Part shown: one piece after another, positions 38,896 to 49,641 of the stretch | How the letters are laid out: each line of letters begins with the position of its first letter | How positions within the stretch are numbered: position 1 is the stretch's first letter | Origin: Bacteroidota bacterium | GTDB taxonomy: Bacteria > Bacteroidota > Bacteroidia > Bacteroidales > NBLH01 | Reading direction: 5' to 3' | Assembly: GCA_025361565.1 (NCBI GenBank) | Contig: JANYKN010000004.1 | Coordinates: 2,012 to 66,011, forward strand | DNA length: 64,000 nt | Made by a program: the position numbers and the translations under genes | Notes under the pieces: model-generated | The model's input: the letters and a program-made list of their open reading frames with translations, nothing else | Database searches by the model: none | What the model was told of the DNA's origin: nothing

Positions 38896-39861
38896 ATGAT
38901 TAATATTGGAATAATTGGAGGTGCCGGCTATACTGCGGGTGAGTTGATTAGAATACTGCTATGGCATCCAATTGCAAAAATTCAGTTTATTCAAAGTAAT
39001 AGCCATTCTGGCGAGGACATTACTTCCATTCACCGCGACTTAATAGGTGATACAGATTTAAAATTTAGTGAACCAGATTTTAATGCCGTCGATGTTATTT
39101 TTTTATGTTCCGGTCATGGTATGTCTAAAGTTTTTATGGAAACCCATCCGCTCCCTGAGCATTTGAAAGTAATAGATTTAAGTACCGATTTCAGGCAAAT
39201 TTCAGAGGATAATGATTTTATTTATGGTTTGCCTGAATTGAATAGAGAAGATATTGAATCGGCAGAAAGAATAGCCAACCCTGGATGTTTTGCCACAGCC
39301 ATTGAACTGGCTCTTTTGCCTTTGGCAGAACATCAAATGCTTAATAATGATATACATGTAAATGCAATTACTGGTTCTACCGGAGCTGGCCAAAAACCGA
39401 GTTCAACTTCACATTTTAGCTGGAAAAACAACAATATTGCAGTTTATAAACCATTTGAACATCAGCATTTAGCTGAAATTGTTCAAAGCATGAAGCAACT
39501 GCAACCTAGTTTTAATCATGAACTTAATTTTATCCCGGTAAGAGGAAATTTTAGCAGGGGGATTATGGCAACCGCATATACAGAATGCAATTGGAGCCAG
39601 GACGAAATTACAGAAAACTACATACAATATTATCAAGATCATCCATTTGTAACGATTGTAAATGAAATTCTGGATGTGAAGCAAGTTGTAAATACAAACA
39701 AATGTTTGTTGTTTCCTTCAAAATATGGATCAAAAATTATGATAATTTCGGTAATTGACAACCTTTTAAAAGGTGCATCGGGGCAGGCTGTTCAGAATAT
39801 GAACCTGATGTTTGGCCTTGATGAAACAACGGGTTTGAATTTAAAACCTGTTGCATTTTAG
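38896..39861 (+). CDS. argC: N-acyl-gamma-glutamyl-phosphate reductase
   Basis: 321 aa with IGIIGGAGYTAGELIR and the catalytic Cys motif ANPGCFATA. Confidence 0.92.
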   Translation: MINIGIIGGAGYTAGELIRILLWHPIAKIQFIQSNSHSGEDITSIHRDLIGDTDLKFSEPDFNAVDVIFLCSGHGMSKVFMETHPLPEHLKVIDLSTDFRQISEDNDFIYGLPELNREDIESAERIANPGCFATAIELALLPLAEHQMLNNDIHVNAITGSTGAGQKPSSTSHFSWKNNNIAVYKPFEHQHLAEIVQSMKQLQPSFNHELNFIPVRGNFSRGIMATAYTECNWSQDEITENYIQYYQDHPFVTIVNEILDVKQVVNTNKCLLFPSKYGSKIMIISVIDNLLKGASGQAVQNMNLMFGLDETTGLNLKPVAF

Positions 39862-39921
39862 TAGATGATGTTTATAAATTATTAATTCAACTTAATTATA
39901 TAACCAAAGGAATTTTTAAAG

Positions 39922-41049
39922 ATGAAATTATTTGATGTTTACAGTCAGTATGATGTAGATTTAAGAAAAGCCAAAGGCGCAATTCTTACAGACGTTGAAG
40001 GAACAGACTATCTTGATTTTTATGGTGGACATGGAGTAATTTCTATTGGGCATGCACATCCAAGATATATCGATGCTATTGAAAATCAATTACATCAAAT
40101 TGCATTTTATACCAATGTGATACAAAATAGTTTGCAGGTTGAATTGGCTGAAAAGCTTGGAAAACTTTCAGGATATACTGATTATAACTTATTTCTGGGT
40201 AATTCAGGAGCAGAGGCAGTTGAAAATGCTCTAAAAGTGGCTAGTTTCAAAACCGGGAAAAATAAAATAATTGCAATTAAAGGTTCGTTCCATGGCAGGT
40301 GCAGTGGATCAATAGCTATAACTGATAATCCTGTCATTCAATCACCTTTTAATCAAGTGCATAATGTCAGTTTTATAGCCTTAAACGATTTTGAAGCACT
40401 TGAAAAGGAATTTAAGGATAAAGATGTTGCCGGAATTATTATTGAAGGTATCCAGGGAGTTGGAGGAGTATATGAAGGAACACCTGAATTTTTGAAAGCA
40501 GTAAGGGAAATCTGTACAAAGACTGGAGCAATGATGATTATGGATGAAATTCAGTCTGGATATGGCCGAACTGGTAAATTTTTTGCACATCAGTGGGCTG
40601 ATGTTAAACCTGATATAATCACTGTTGCAAAAGGAATGGGAAATGGGTTTCCAATATCCGGAGTTTTGATTGCACCAAATATTGAAGCAAAAAAAGGAAT
40701 GCTGGGAACCACTTTTGGAGGAAACCATTTGGCTTGTGCATCAGCCATTGCTGTTCTGGATGTTATGAAGGATGAGAACCTAATGGAAAATGCACTTCAA
40801 ATGGGCGAATATCTTAAAAAAGAACTTAAACAAATGGATTTTATTAAAGATATTCGTGGAAGAGGGTTGATGATTGGTATTGAAATGGAAAATGCAGCAG
40901 AATTTAGGAAACAATTGATACTTGAAGAAATGATATTTACTGGTTTTTCAGGACCAAATACTATTCGATTATTACCTCCTTTAAATATTACCATGAAGGA
41001 AGCTAAAAAATTTATAAAAGCATTGATATCAACAACCACAACTGATTAA
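39922..41049 (+). CDS. argD: Class III aminotransferase, acetyl/succinyl-ornithine aminotransferase
   Basis: 375 aa with YLDFYGGHGVISIGHAHP, MIMDEIQSGYGRTGKFFA and the PLP-Lys motif TVAKGMGNGFP. Confidence 0.85.
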   Translation: MKLFDVYSQYDVDLRKAKGAILTDVEGTDYLDFYGGHGVISIGHAHPRYIDAIENQLHQIAFYTNVIQNSLQVELAEKLGKLSGYTDYNLFLGNSGAEAVENALKVASFKTGKNKIIAIKGSFHGRCSGSIAITDNPVIQSPFNQVHNVSFIALNDFEALEKEFKDKDVAGIIIEGIQGVGGVYEGTPEFLKAVREICTKTGAMMIMDEIQSGYGRTGKFFAHQWADVKPDIITVAKGMGNGFPISGVLIAPNIEAKKGMLGTTFGGNHLACASAIAVLDVMKDENLMENALQMGEYLKKELKQMDFIKDIRGRGLMIGIEMENAAEFRKQLILEEMIFTGFSGPNTIRLLPPLNITMKEAKKFIKALISTTTTD

Positions 41050-41052
41050 AAT

Positions 41053-41826
41053 ATGGATGATTTGACCATTGTTAAGGTTGGAGGTAATTTAATCGACAAT
41101 GCAGCTGAGCTTGATTCATTTTTAAGTGCTTTTGCCAGTATTCAAGGAAAAGCACTCTTGGTTCATGGAGGTGGTAAATTAGCCACCAATATGGCTACCA
41201 GGCTTGGAATTGAAACTAAAATGGTAAACGGTCGTCGTATTACTGATGCTGAAAACCTTAAACTGGTAACCATGGTTTATGCAGGATTTGTCAATAAAAA
41301 TATAGTTGCTTTATTGCAGTCGAAAGGAAAAAATGCGATGGGTATTTGTGGAAGTGATTTGAATATCATCAAATCTGCAAAACGGAAACATCCTACCTTG
41401 GATTTTGGATTTGTAGGGGATATTACCGAAGTGAATGCCATTGCTTTATCAGATTTAATTGAAAAAAATATTACGCTCGTTATTGCGCCAATTACTCATG
41501 ATGGAAAAGGGCAATTGTTAAATACCAATGCTGATTCCATTGTAACAGAAATTGCTATTGTACTTTCGAAAATATATAAGGTAAAATTGATTTATAGTTT
41601 TGAAAAGGCTGGTGTGCTGCGAAGCCTTGAAAATGAGATGGATGTGATTCCAACTTTATCCGAAGCCGAAATTATAGAAATGCAGGAGAGAGGTTCCATT
41701 CATACTGGAATGATGCCTAAAACAGATAATGCCATTAAAGCCATGAAAAATGGTGTAGTGGAAGTAATTATTGGGAATTTGGTTGATATTCAAAAGAATA
41801 ACTTACCTGGAACAAGAATAGTATAA
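41053..41826 (+). CDS. argB: Acetylglutamate kinase
   Basis: 257 aa with IVKVGGNLID, LVHGGG and NTNADS. It starts 3 nt after the argD stop. Confidence 0.9.
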   Translation: MDDLTIVKVGGNLIDNAAELDSFLSAFASIQGKALLVHGGGKLATNMATRLGIETKMVNGRRITDAENLKLVTMVYAGFVNKNIVALLQSKGKNAMGICGSDLNIIKSAKRKHPTLDFGFVGDITEVNAIALSDLIEKNITLVIAPITHDGKGQLLNTNADSIVTEIAIVLSKIYKVKLIYSFEKAGVLRSLENEMDVIPTLSEAEIIEMQERGSIHTGMMPKTDNAIKAMKNGVVEVIIGNLVDIQKNNLPGTRIV

Positions 41827-41905
41827 TTTGAAAATAGAAATTAGAAACTAGAAATTATATAATTTAATTTCAAAGTTCCAATTTCCAATTTCTGAAAATA
41901 AAGGA

Positions 41906-42973
41906 ATGGAAAAACTCGAAAAATATATAAATTTGGCAACAGATACATTGAAACAACTAATTGCAATCCCTTCCTACAGTAAAGAAGAAAAGCAAGTTGC
42001 TGATTTAATGGAGAATATTTTAATCAATCAAGGTTATAAAACCAATCGCAAAAAAAACAATGTTTGGGTTTATAGCAAAGATTATATGGAAGGAAGACCA
42101 ACTTTATTAATGAATTCTCATTTAGACACTGTAAAAGCCAGCGATAAATGGACGAAAGATCCATTTAATCCCTTGATAGAAGATGAGAAATTATATGGCC
42201 TTGGAAGTAATGATGCCGGTGGTTGTTTGGTTTCGTTAATGGCTACTTTTTTAGCATTGGAACAGGAAAATCAATCCTATAACCGTGTTTTTGTAGCTTC
42301 AGCCGAAGAAGAGAACTCTGGATTTGATGGTTTTGAATGTGTACAATCTGAATTGGGCAAACTTGATGTTGGAATTGTTGGTGAGCCAACACTTATGGAC
42401 ATGGCCATTGCCGAAAAAGGCTTGATGGTATTAGATTGCGAAGCTGAAGGTAAATTAGGTCATGCAGCTAGAAATGAAGGGATTAATGCCATCAGTATTG
42501 CTGTTGAAGATATTAATTGGTTGCAAACGTACAAATTTGAAAAAGAATCTGAAATTCTTGGCCAAGTTAAGTTGACCGTAACACAAATAGACGCTGGTCA
42601 CCAGCACAATGTAGTTCCTGCAAGTTGTAAATTTGTGGTAGATGTAAGAACCAATGAGCATTACAGCAATGAAGTGGCTTATGAATTCATCAAAAATAAT
42701 CTAAAAAGCAAGGTTACTGCCAGATCTTTCAGGTTAAATTCTTCAGGTATTGAAATGGATCATCCATTAATTAAAGCCGGACTTGAAATGGGAATGAATT
42801 GGTATGGATCGCCAACTACATCAGATCAGGCTATTATGATTGGTTTTCCTACGTTGAAGCTTGGCCCTGGCGATTCTGCACGATCTCATACTGCTGATGA
42901 GTTTATTTACCTAGATGAAATTAAAAATGGAATTGAAAAATATTTTAATTTGTTAAATGGATTGAAGTTTTAA
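41906..42973 (+). CDS. argE: M20 family deacylase (acetylornithine deacetylase / ArgE-DapE-like)
   Basis: 355 aa with LMNSHLDTVKA, LYGLGSNDAGG and ASAEEENSG. The gene sits in the arg cluster. Confidence 0.75.
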   Translation: MEKLEKYINLATDTLKQLIAIPSYSKEEKQVADLMENILINQGYKTNRKKNNVWVYSKDYMEGRPTLLMNSHLDTVKASDKWTKDPFNPLIEDEKLYGLGSNDAGGCLVSLMATFLALEQENQSYNRVFVASAEEENSGFDGFECVQSELGKLDVGIVGEPTLMDMAIAEKGLMVLDCEAEGKLGHAARNEGINAISIAVEDINWLQTYKFEKESEILGQVKLTVTQIDAGHQHNVVPASCKFVVDVRTNEHYSNEVAYEFIKNNLKSKVTARSFRLNSSGIEMDHPLIKAGLEMGMNWYGSPTTSDQAIMIGFPTLKLGPGDSARSHTADEFIYLDEIKNGIEKYFNLLNGLKF

Positions 42974-43014
42974 ATATTTACAATTTCTAATTTATTTTGA
43001 TTAGATAAAATTAT

Positions 43015-44544
43015 CTAATTGTCAATAACAAATTTCTCATTAAAAAAAGTGTTAGTATTATTTAAACGCACCAAATAAATACCGGCATCTAACTTTCCTA
43101 TTTCATTTAAGTTTACAACATATTCGTTGTTATAATTTAATTGGATATTTTTTGAAATGATAATTCTTCCAGTAATATCAAGAATTTCAATTTTTGAGTT
43201 TAAATTATTTGTTGTTTTTTTAGTAGACAAAATTTTCAAAATGCCATCTTTAACCGGATTGTTCTGTATTTTAAAATCTTGATTTTTTTCCGGAATTTCA
43301 GCTATACTGTTTGCAATATCTCCAAATTGAATCCAGTTTAGGTTAAAACCGTTATTAGTAGCTATAACGCGCAAAGTATGGAGCCCAACAGTAAGGTAAA
43401 TTGATGTCTCATTTGTTTGCCAGGAAGAGTAGCTATTTGTGTTGCCAAGATTAACCAACGTAGGTTCCGTAAGTTCTTCTTGAATAGATAATTGCGTATT
43501 TTTAATGGATGAAAATCTAATTCTTAAGGGATATAATTTTGATTCTGGCACATCAATTTTATATTCCATGTAGTCATTTGCATCAATATATCCTACATGG
43601 ATAAAACCATCCAAATCAGTTGTTGATTGAAGTTGTATGCCAGACATAGCCGTATAATTTTCAGCTTGAATCCGTGCCGGGATAGTTTGAAAATAAGTAG
43701 TATCGTGAACAGGCATATTTACATACAAATTGCCCAACTCTGTCAGCTGACCTGTACTTGCCAACAAATCAATAAAATCGTTGTTATCAGCACGACCAGT
43801 AAACCATGAATAGCGGAATACATTTGGATTGTTTTCTAACAATTCCACATATTTAACCATAAAATCTTTTTCGAGTTGCATGGACATTGATGCACCAACA
43901 TCATCGCCCCAGGCTGAAAATTCAGTTACCCAAATTGGTTTGTGGTATTTGTCCCACATCGTATTAACAACAGTTTCCAATCCGCCATATCCATACCAGT
44001 GAACTGCAATGTAGTCTACCTGGCAAGTTGGACAATCTAAAAAAAATGTATCTAAGTATGAGTATGGATCCTGATACATGATTTTGCCATACTTGGAGTC
44101 ATAAATACCTGCGCTATAATTGGTAACAGGAGCCACAAGTTTTAAATTATAAGTAGTTGCCAATTCTTCAAGCTTTGGCCAGAAAGCGGCAGAAGCGGCT
44201 GGAGTCATATTTGCCTGATCAGGGAAATTGGGTTCATTAAAACCCATTAAATAACCATTTGTTGGATCTGTGGGGTAGTATAAATTTGCCTTATCAATGG
44301 CATTTTGATTGCCATTCCAAATCATCGGAACATATTGTACATTTTCACTCGCCAAAGATCCCATAACGCTATAATTTGGATATTGATTCCAATTATAATA
44401 CCATGATATGCCGGGTGAAAGTACCTTCAAGTCAGCCACGCTGGTAATATCAGCAGCTATTCCTCTTTTTGTGCTTTTTGGCTGTGAAAAAAGGCTCAGA
44501 TGGAAAATGGTAGTTAGAATTAGTATTATGGAAAATTGTCTCAT
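43015..44544 (-). CDS. Secreted glycoside hydrolase (Glyco_hydro_cc / GH128-like catalytic core) + CBM6-like module + T9SS C-terminal sorting domain
   Basis: 509 aa with a signal peptide, KRGIAADI...ISWYYNW, the acid/base motif GFNEPN and the nucleophile motif IWVTEFS. It also has ARIQAENY...DANDYMEYKIDV (CBM6-like) and the C-terminal KIEILDITGRII...GIYLVRLNN. Confidence 0.7.
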   Translation of the reverse strand: MRQFSIILILTTIFHLSLFSQPKSTKRGIAADITSVADLKVLSPGISWYYNWNQYPNYSVMGSLASENVQYVPMIWNGNQNAIDKANLYYPTDPTNGYLMGFNEPNFPDQANMTPAASAAFWPKLEELATTYNLKLVAPVTNYSAGIYDSKYGKIMYQDPYSYLDTFFLDCPTCQVDYIAVHWYGYGGLETVVNTMWDKYHKPIWVTEFSAWGDDVGASMSMQLEKDFMVKYVELLENNPNVFRYSWFTGRADNNDFIDLLASTGQLTELGNLYVNMPVHDTTYFQTIPARIQAENYTAMSGIQLQSTTDLDGFIHVGYIDANDYMEYKIDVPESKLYPLRIRFSSIKNTQLSIQEELTEPTLVNLGNTNSYSSWQTNETSIYLTVGLHTLRVIATNNGFNLNWIQFGDIANSIAEIPEKNQDFKIQNNPVKDGILKILSTKKTTNNLNSKIEILDITGRIIISKNIQLNYNNEYVVNLNEIGKLDAGIYLVRLNNTNTFFNEKFVIDN

Positions 44545-44591
44545 TTATAGATGCTTTTATTTATTGTTGGTATAATTAAATGTCAATTTAT

Positions 44592-46238
44592 CTAATTATA
44601 CAAGTACCTTTTAATACTTTTTTTAGGTGTTTTCGCAAATTCCTCTTTTTGTAGTTCTACCACTGAAATATTCATATAACCAGGTAGTTTATGATTAATT
44701 GCCTTTTTGTGGTGATCATAGATTTTGATTAGATCGTCTGGTAAAATGTTTTCCTTTTCAACTGTTTCAAAATCAGGATAGATTAGTGCTACTAATTTAT
44801 TATCGCGATGCACAATCAAAGATTCACCAACAGCGTAGCGGTTATCGAAAATAGATTCGATTTCTTCGGGATAAATGTTTTTCCCGTTTGAACCTAAAAT
44901 CATGCTTTTACTGCGTCCTTTAATATGGATATTCCCTTCTTTATCAATAATGCCAATGTCTCCGGTGTGCAACCAGCCATCTTCAGTTATTATTTCTCTG
45001 GTTGCTTTTTCATTTTTATAATAACCGATCATTACATTATCACCTCGAACCATAATTTCGCCGGTTATATTTTCAGGATCTTCAGAATCTATCTTAATTT
45101 CTAATGTATCAACTACTTTTCCTGATGATCCTGAAACAAATTTTGTACATTTTTCGTAAGAGATTAATGGGCCACATTCAGTCATTCCATATCCAACTGT
45201 AAAAGGAAATTTCATTTTCTTGAAAAAAGCTTCAGCTTCACTGTTGATAGGGGCACCACCAATTATCAGTTCAGTAAAATTACCACCAAAAACTTCGCGC
45301 ATTTTGGCGTTGAATTTATTTAACAAAACACTTTTGATTACGGGAACTGAAAGCAGAGTTTTAATATGAGGTTTTCGTAACATGGGTAACAACTTATTCT
45401 TGTATATTTTTTCGATTACAAGTGGAACTGATAAAATCAATGCAGGTTTTATTTCCTGAAAAGCTTTGATTATGATTTGAGGTGAAGGTGTTTTTGTTAA
45501 AATAGTAATATGGCAACCCATTGATAATGGAAATAGAAACTCAAAAGCGGCACCAAATGCGTGCGCCAATGGCAAAAAGGACACGATTTTATCACCCGCT
45601 TTTAAAGGCATATTTCTTTGCGCAAATCGAATGTTCGCTGCAAGGCTGTTGTGTTGTAACATCACACCTTTGGTAAAACCTGTTGTGCCGGATGTATAGC
45701 TGATCAATGCCAATTTATTGTTGCTAATCTGCGGAAGATGAAAATCATTTTTGACTTCAATCAGGTTTTGATGTCCGATATCAAAACCATTCAATTTAAA
45801 TATGGCATTCAGTTCATCCGATTTACTTTGAAGCAGCGAAAAATCGTCAATGGCAATGATGCCGATTAAATTTTGCATTTTCGAAAACTCAAATTTACTG
45901 GTAAGTGTTCCACCCGCGAATAGAAGAATTGAATCGGAATGGTTTACAATTTCATGCAAATCGTCGGGTTTAAAATCGGGCAATACCGGCACTACTACTG
46001 CACCATAGCTTACAATTGAAAGATACAAAATTCCCCATCGGGCTGAATTTTTGCCAACCAAAGCAATTTTGTCGCCTTCGCAAATTCCTGCTTCTTTATA
46101 AAGCTTGTGAAATTTTTTGATAAATGCGGCTATTTCGGCATAAGTAAAAGACTCACCTTCGTAATCTGAAAGTGCCGTGAAGTCCCAGTTTTTTTTGAAA
46201 CTATCCTCAAGATAGCTGACAAAATTTTTTTCCAACAT
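44592..46238 (-). CDS. Long-chain fatty acid-CoA ligase (AMP-binding)
   Basis: 548 aa with ISYTSGTTGFTKGVML and GWLHTGDIGIIDKEGNIHIKGRSKS. Confidence 0.85.
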   Translation of the reverse strand: MLEKNFVSYLEDSFKKNWDFTALSDYEGESFTYAEIAAFIKKFHKLYKEAGICEGDKIALVGKNSARWGILYLSIVSYGAVVVPVLPDFKPDDLHEIVNHSDSILLFAGGTLTSKFEFSKMQNLIGIIAIDDFSLLQSKSDELNAIFKLNGFDIGHQNLIEVKNDFHLPQISNNKLALISYTSGTTGFTKGVMLQHNSLAANIRFAQRNMPLKAGDKIVSFLPLAHAFGAAFEFLFPLSMGCHITILTKTPSPQIIIKAFQEIKPALILSVPLVIEKIYKNKLLPMLRKPHIKTLLSVPVIKSVLLNKFNAKMREVFGGNFTELIIGGAPINSEAEAFFKKMKFPFTVGYGMTECGPLISYEKCTKFVSGSSGKVVDTLEIKIDSEDPENITGEIMVRGDNVMIGYYKNEKATREIITEDGWLHTGDIGIIDKEGNIHIKGRSKSMILGSNGKNIYPEEIESIFDNRYAVGESLIVHRDNKLVALIYPDFETVEKENILPDDLIKIYDHHKKAINHKLPGYMNISVVELQKEEFAKTPKKSIKRYLYN

Positions 46239-46538
46239 AGCAATTTGTTCTTGATATTGCCTGCTAAGTTAGAAATATTTCAATTGCTGTAAAATATGTT
46301 AAAACTAATTTATAATTAATTTTCCAAATTTTTATAAATTAGCCTTATATCGTTTTCATTAATTGATACTTGCATATATTTAAAAAATGATTTCAATGTA
46401 AAATTTCAGGTTAAAGGAGAACTTATTTTTAAAAATAAGTTTAAATCGTTGAAATATTTATTAATCAAATTTAAGAATGGATTCTTATTGATATAGATTA
46501 CTAAGCTTTTTCATTAGATTTGTAAAGTTTATAAATGC

Positions 46539-47756
46539 ATGCTTTTTATGAAAAATATTTTAACTTTTCTGTTCTTATTTATTTCTTATATTGCATCAGC
46601 ACAGATAGATAGCATAGAAATTGAAATATTGAATTACCACAACTCAAAATCAGAAATTATTTCTAAAGCCAGGCGTTTATTGCTTGATAAATTGATGCTT
46701 GGAGATTATCAAAAGATGAAGGAAATTAAAGATTATCTTAAAAATAATATAGATAATAAAGAATATCCTACGCTTTCAGTGCAGGAATATTGGTTGATTC
46801 TTTTTTGGACACAAGAGTTTGATGAATTGCTAAGCAGTATCGAACAGACTGTTTTACAGGTTGATGTAAGAACTTCAAATGAAGGCATAATTCAAAATTT
46901 TCCGGAAACGGATGAATTATACAAAAACCTGCTTGAAAAATCTTTTGAATCTAAACATCTGCTTGAGATTTTAATAAATAGTTCTCAATTGAGTGCAGAA
47001 GAAAAGGATTTTTTAAAATTGCATTTGAATTATTGTTTACTGGATTTAAATAATCCTTCAATTACTCAGGATAGTTTGAATGTGCAATCAGATAAATTTA
47101 TTCTCAAATATTCAACAAGCCCATACAGGCCTTTTATAAAAAGATTAATCCATTACAAAATAAAAATTTCCGATTTTGGTTTTGGATACGATGTTTTTAT
47201 GGGATATGGGTTTTTTAATGGTGGATTATCAACCAATTTGGTAGATTATGTTCCTTTTGGTTTTTCAGTTGATTTTAATTATAAAAACTTTGACCTTAAC
47301 CTTGGTATTGGACTTGGCATTGCAAAATTAAAACAAGAAATTGTATATCAGAATATTAAATGGGAAAAAGAAATGAAAGCCGATATATATTTTCCAAATT
47401 TGAGCTTGGGCTATATTGTATTTGGAATTAAACAATTTAACTTTAACCCATTTGTAGGTGTTCATACCCTTATTTTATTGCCCACTTACGAGGATATACA
47501 AAATTATCCACAATTGGAAAATATTTATTTTCAATCAGATGTCAGTTTATTGGCCGGCTTTAGTATCAATTATTATAGTAAGCCTTTAAAAACTACAAAT
47601 AGATATCACAACTCAGTTCAATTTCAAGGATTCATTAAGTTAAAATACACTTATTATCAATCAGGATTTAAAAAAGAATATTATGGTTTAGATGGAAGTA
47701 TGCATAATATATGTTTATCCTTTGGGGGTTTTACAAAAAGAGTGTATAAAATGTAA
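46539..47756 (+). CDS. Hypothetical secreted protein (helical N-terminal half, beta-rich C-terminal half)
   Basis: 405 aa with a signal peptide. I recognise no family. Confidence 0.35.
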   Translation: MLFMKNILTFLFLFISYIASAQIDSIEIEILNYHNSKSEIISKARRLLLDKLMLGDYQKMKEIKDYLKNNIDNKEYPTLSVQEYWLILFWTQEFDELLSSIEQTVLQVDVRTSNEGIIQNFPETDELYKNLLEKSFESKHLLEILINSSQLSAEEKDFLKLHLNYCLLDLNNPSITQDSLNVQSDKFILKYSTSPYRPFIKRLIHYKIKISDFGFGYDVFMGYGFFNGGLSTNLVDYVPFGFSVDFNYKNFDLNLGIGLGIAKLKQEIVYQNIKWEKEMKADIYFPNLSLGYIVFGIKQFNFNPFVGVHTLILLPTYEDIQNYPQLENIYFQSDVSLLAGFSINYYSKPLKTTNRYHNSVQFQGFIKLKYTYYQSGFKKEYYGLDGSMHNICLSFGGFTKRVYKM

Positions 47757-47835
47757 TTTCATACAAAATCTAGCTAAAATATGCTTGAATTAAATAAATT
47801 AAAATTTTTCTTACCATCTAATAAATTAATGTAAC

Positions 47836-48399
47836 ATGTTTAAATATAGTATTTTAATAGCTTTAGTAAGTATTTTATTGATATCCGCATGTAATTCCGG
47901 TTCAAATTCAAAAGCAAAAAAACTACAATCAATTAAAAAAAGGGAATATAATATCAGGCCAGGGTTTGATCCGTTGATAAAAGGTTTTGGTTGCGATGAA
48001 TTAAAAATTAAGACTGTTTTAGCAGGAAGTAAAATAAAGCAAATTGTAGTTTTGATGGGAGAAAATTTGCTTGATACTGTTTTATTACCACAAGGAAAGA
48101 TTCCCGCAAGTGCAGAAAGTGATATTATTATTTCGGACTATAATTTTGATGGGTTTTGCGAATTTGTAATCCCGGATAAAAAGTCAGAAAGTAGAGGTGG
48201 AATGGATTATTACTATTTTGTTTTTGATACCTTGAATCGGCATTTTATCGAAATTACTTCACTTCCAAAATTTATAGGAAATTTTAAATTGGATGTTAAA
48301 AACCAAAGAGTAAAGATTTATTGTCCGGATGAAGTCTGTTTTGCCTATTATAAGTTTGAAAATAAGGAATTTAAATTGGTTCAAGGAGAGTTTAAATAG
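47836..48399 (+). CDS. Hypothetical lipoprotein
   Basis: 187 aa with the lipobox LLISAC. Confidence 0.35.
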   Translation: MFKYSILIALVSILLISACNSGSNSKAKKLQSIKKREYNIRPGFDPLIKGFGCDELKIKTVLAGSKIKQIVVLMGENLLDTVLLPQGKIPASAESDIIISDYNFDGFCEFVIPDKKSESRGGMDYYYFVFDTLNRHFIEITSLPKFIGNFKLDVKNQRVKIYCPDEVCFAYYKFENKEFKLVQGEFK

Positions 48400-48455
48400 A
48401 AATAGAAAATTAGTCATTAGAAATTTTTCCAATGACTAATTTCCAATAACTAATA

Positions 48456-49202
48456 TCAGTCATTGGCTGACAAACCAATTGATAATACAAAAAATATGTT
48501 TTCCTGGTGAGGGTTTGCTATAATGGAACCGGTGACTGGGATACTGAATTTATCGTTTATATTGATTACTCTTGAATTTGAAATACCCACATTATTCATG
48601 GCGAATTTTGTTCCATAAAGCCCTTCCCAAGGGGTAATGCCTGCAAATACCTTTATTTGATTTGCCCGCCATTTAAATAAATAAGCTGCTTCAAAATAAC
48701 TTGAGTATGCTTGTTCTCCTTTTGAATTATAATCATATCCATAAAAAAAAGTAGCCCAGGTTAACTGAATGGGAAAAGATTCTGGCCCGCTATAAGAAAG
48801 TGTGCCTTCAAATGCATGAGCTGTTGAGTCTTTTCTGTAATCAAAATAATTGTTGTTTTCTTGCTGGCTCATGGTGAAATAATCCCAAAGGGATACTGTT
48901 AATGGCCCAAGGTTAAGGCTTGTATACCAATCTACTTCGGCATAATAATCAGCCAGGGAAGTACTTGCCCAAGAACCAATCGTAAAATTTCCTTTATCGT
49001 TTGTATATGATAGATATGGCTGCAAATTTGGTGACGTACTATATTGCAAGCCTCTCCAGATATACTGACTTACAAAATCGGCACCCAAAGAAAAATTTTG
49101 CGTTTCAACGGCAGCTTTATCTTTATTGTCATCTTGAGCCACAATACTATTCCAGTATATGGCAGTAATAAATACGAATAATAAAATTAGGTTTTTTTTC
49201 AT
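48456..49202 (-). CDS. Outer-membrane beta-barrel protein, TorF/Gcw_chp-like
   Basis: 248 aa with a signal peptide and FSLGADFVSQYIWRGLQYS, which is typical of this family. Confidence 0.5.
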   Translation of the reverse strand: MKKNLILLFVFITAIYWNSIVAQDDNKDKAAVETQNFSLGADFVSQYIWRGLQYSTSPNLQPYLSYTNDKGNFTIGSWASTSLADYYAEVDWYTSLNLGPLTVSLWDYFTMSQQENNNYFDYRKDSTAHAFEGTLSYSGPESFPIQLTWATFFYGYDYNSKGEQAYSSYFEAAYLFKWRANQIKVFAGITPWEGLYGTKFAMNNVGISNSRVININDKFSIPVTGSIIANPHQENIFFVLSIGLSAND

Positions 49203-49641
49203 AGCAGGAAGTTTAAGTAATTATTTAATACTGAAATTAATGTTTATTGTCCTTCAGGTTTTGTTATTTTTAGATAAACAGTTTTAAAAATACAAATAAG
49301 TATTGGAATATTCCCTATTTAAGTTGCTAAAAATTGCAAATCAATATATTCAAAATCAAAAATCTTTATTTTTCTGGTACCATAGTAGAATAAAGAAAGA
49401 TAGCATTCAGTATCTTTTATCCAATTCATATATTTTAAAATGTCAATTTGGCATTTTAAATGTCATGTTGTAGACATACTGACGATTTTTCATGTAAATG
49501 TATCCGAATTTAAAGTAATAAGTTATTGTATATTAATTATTTAACAATATTTAAATATTACATCTTTTGACATGGCATTTCATTTGTCGAATTATTTAAA
49601 AACAAATAAACAAATGTTAAACAATTAAAGCGGAGGTAGTT

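Noticed and set aside
41827-41905. GAAATTAG / CAATTTC heptamer-rich intergenic sequences directly after stop codons (41827-41905, 48400-48455, 52493-52540, about 17030-17050 and 4742-4790), which could suggest a repeat family.
   Set aside because: They fold as imperfect AT-rich hairpins between gene ends and look like ordinary low-complexity intrinsic terminators. Sequence similarity among them is limited to the low-complexity motif.
49437-49589. Repeated ATGTCA/TGACAT plus GGCATTT motifs upstream of hsp20, considered as a heat-shock operator or an RNA thermometer.
   Set aside because: There is no CIRCE-like or fourU/ROSE-like pairing with the GGAGG SD that I could build. The motifs are short and the region is AT-rich, so the evidence is insufficient.
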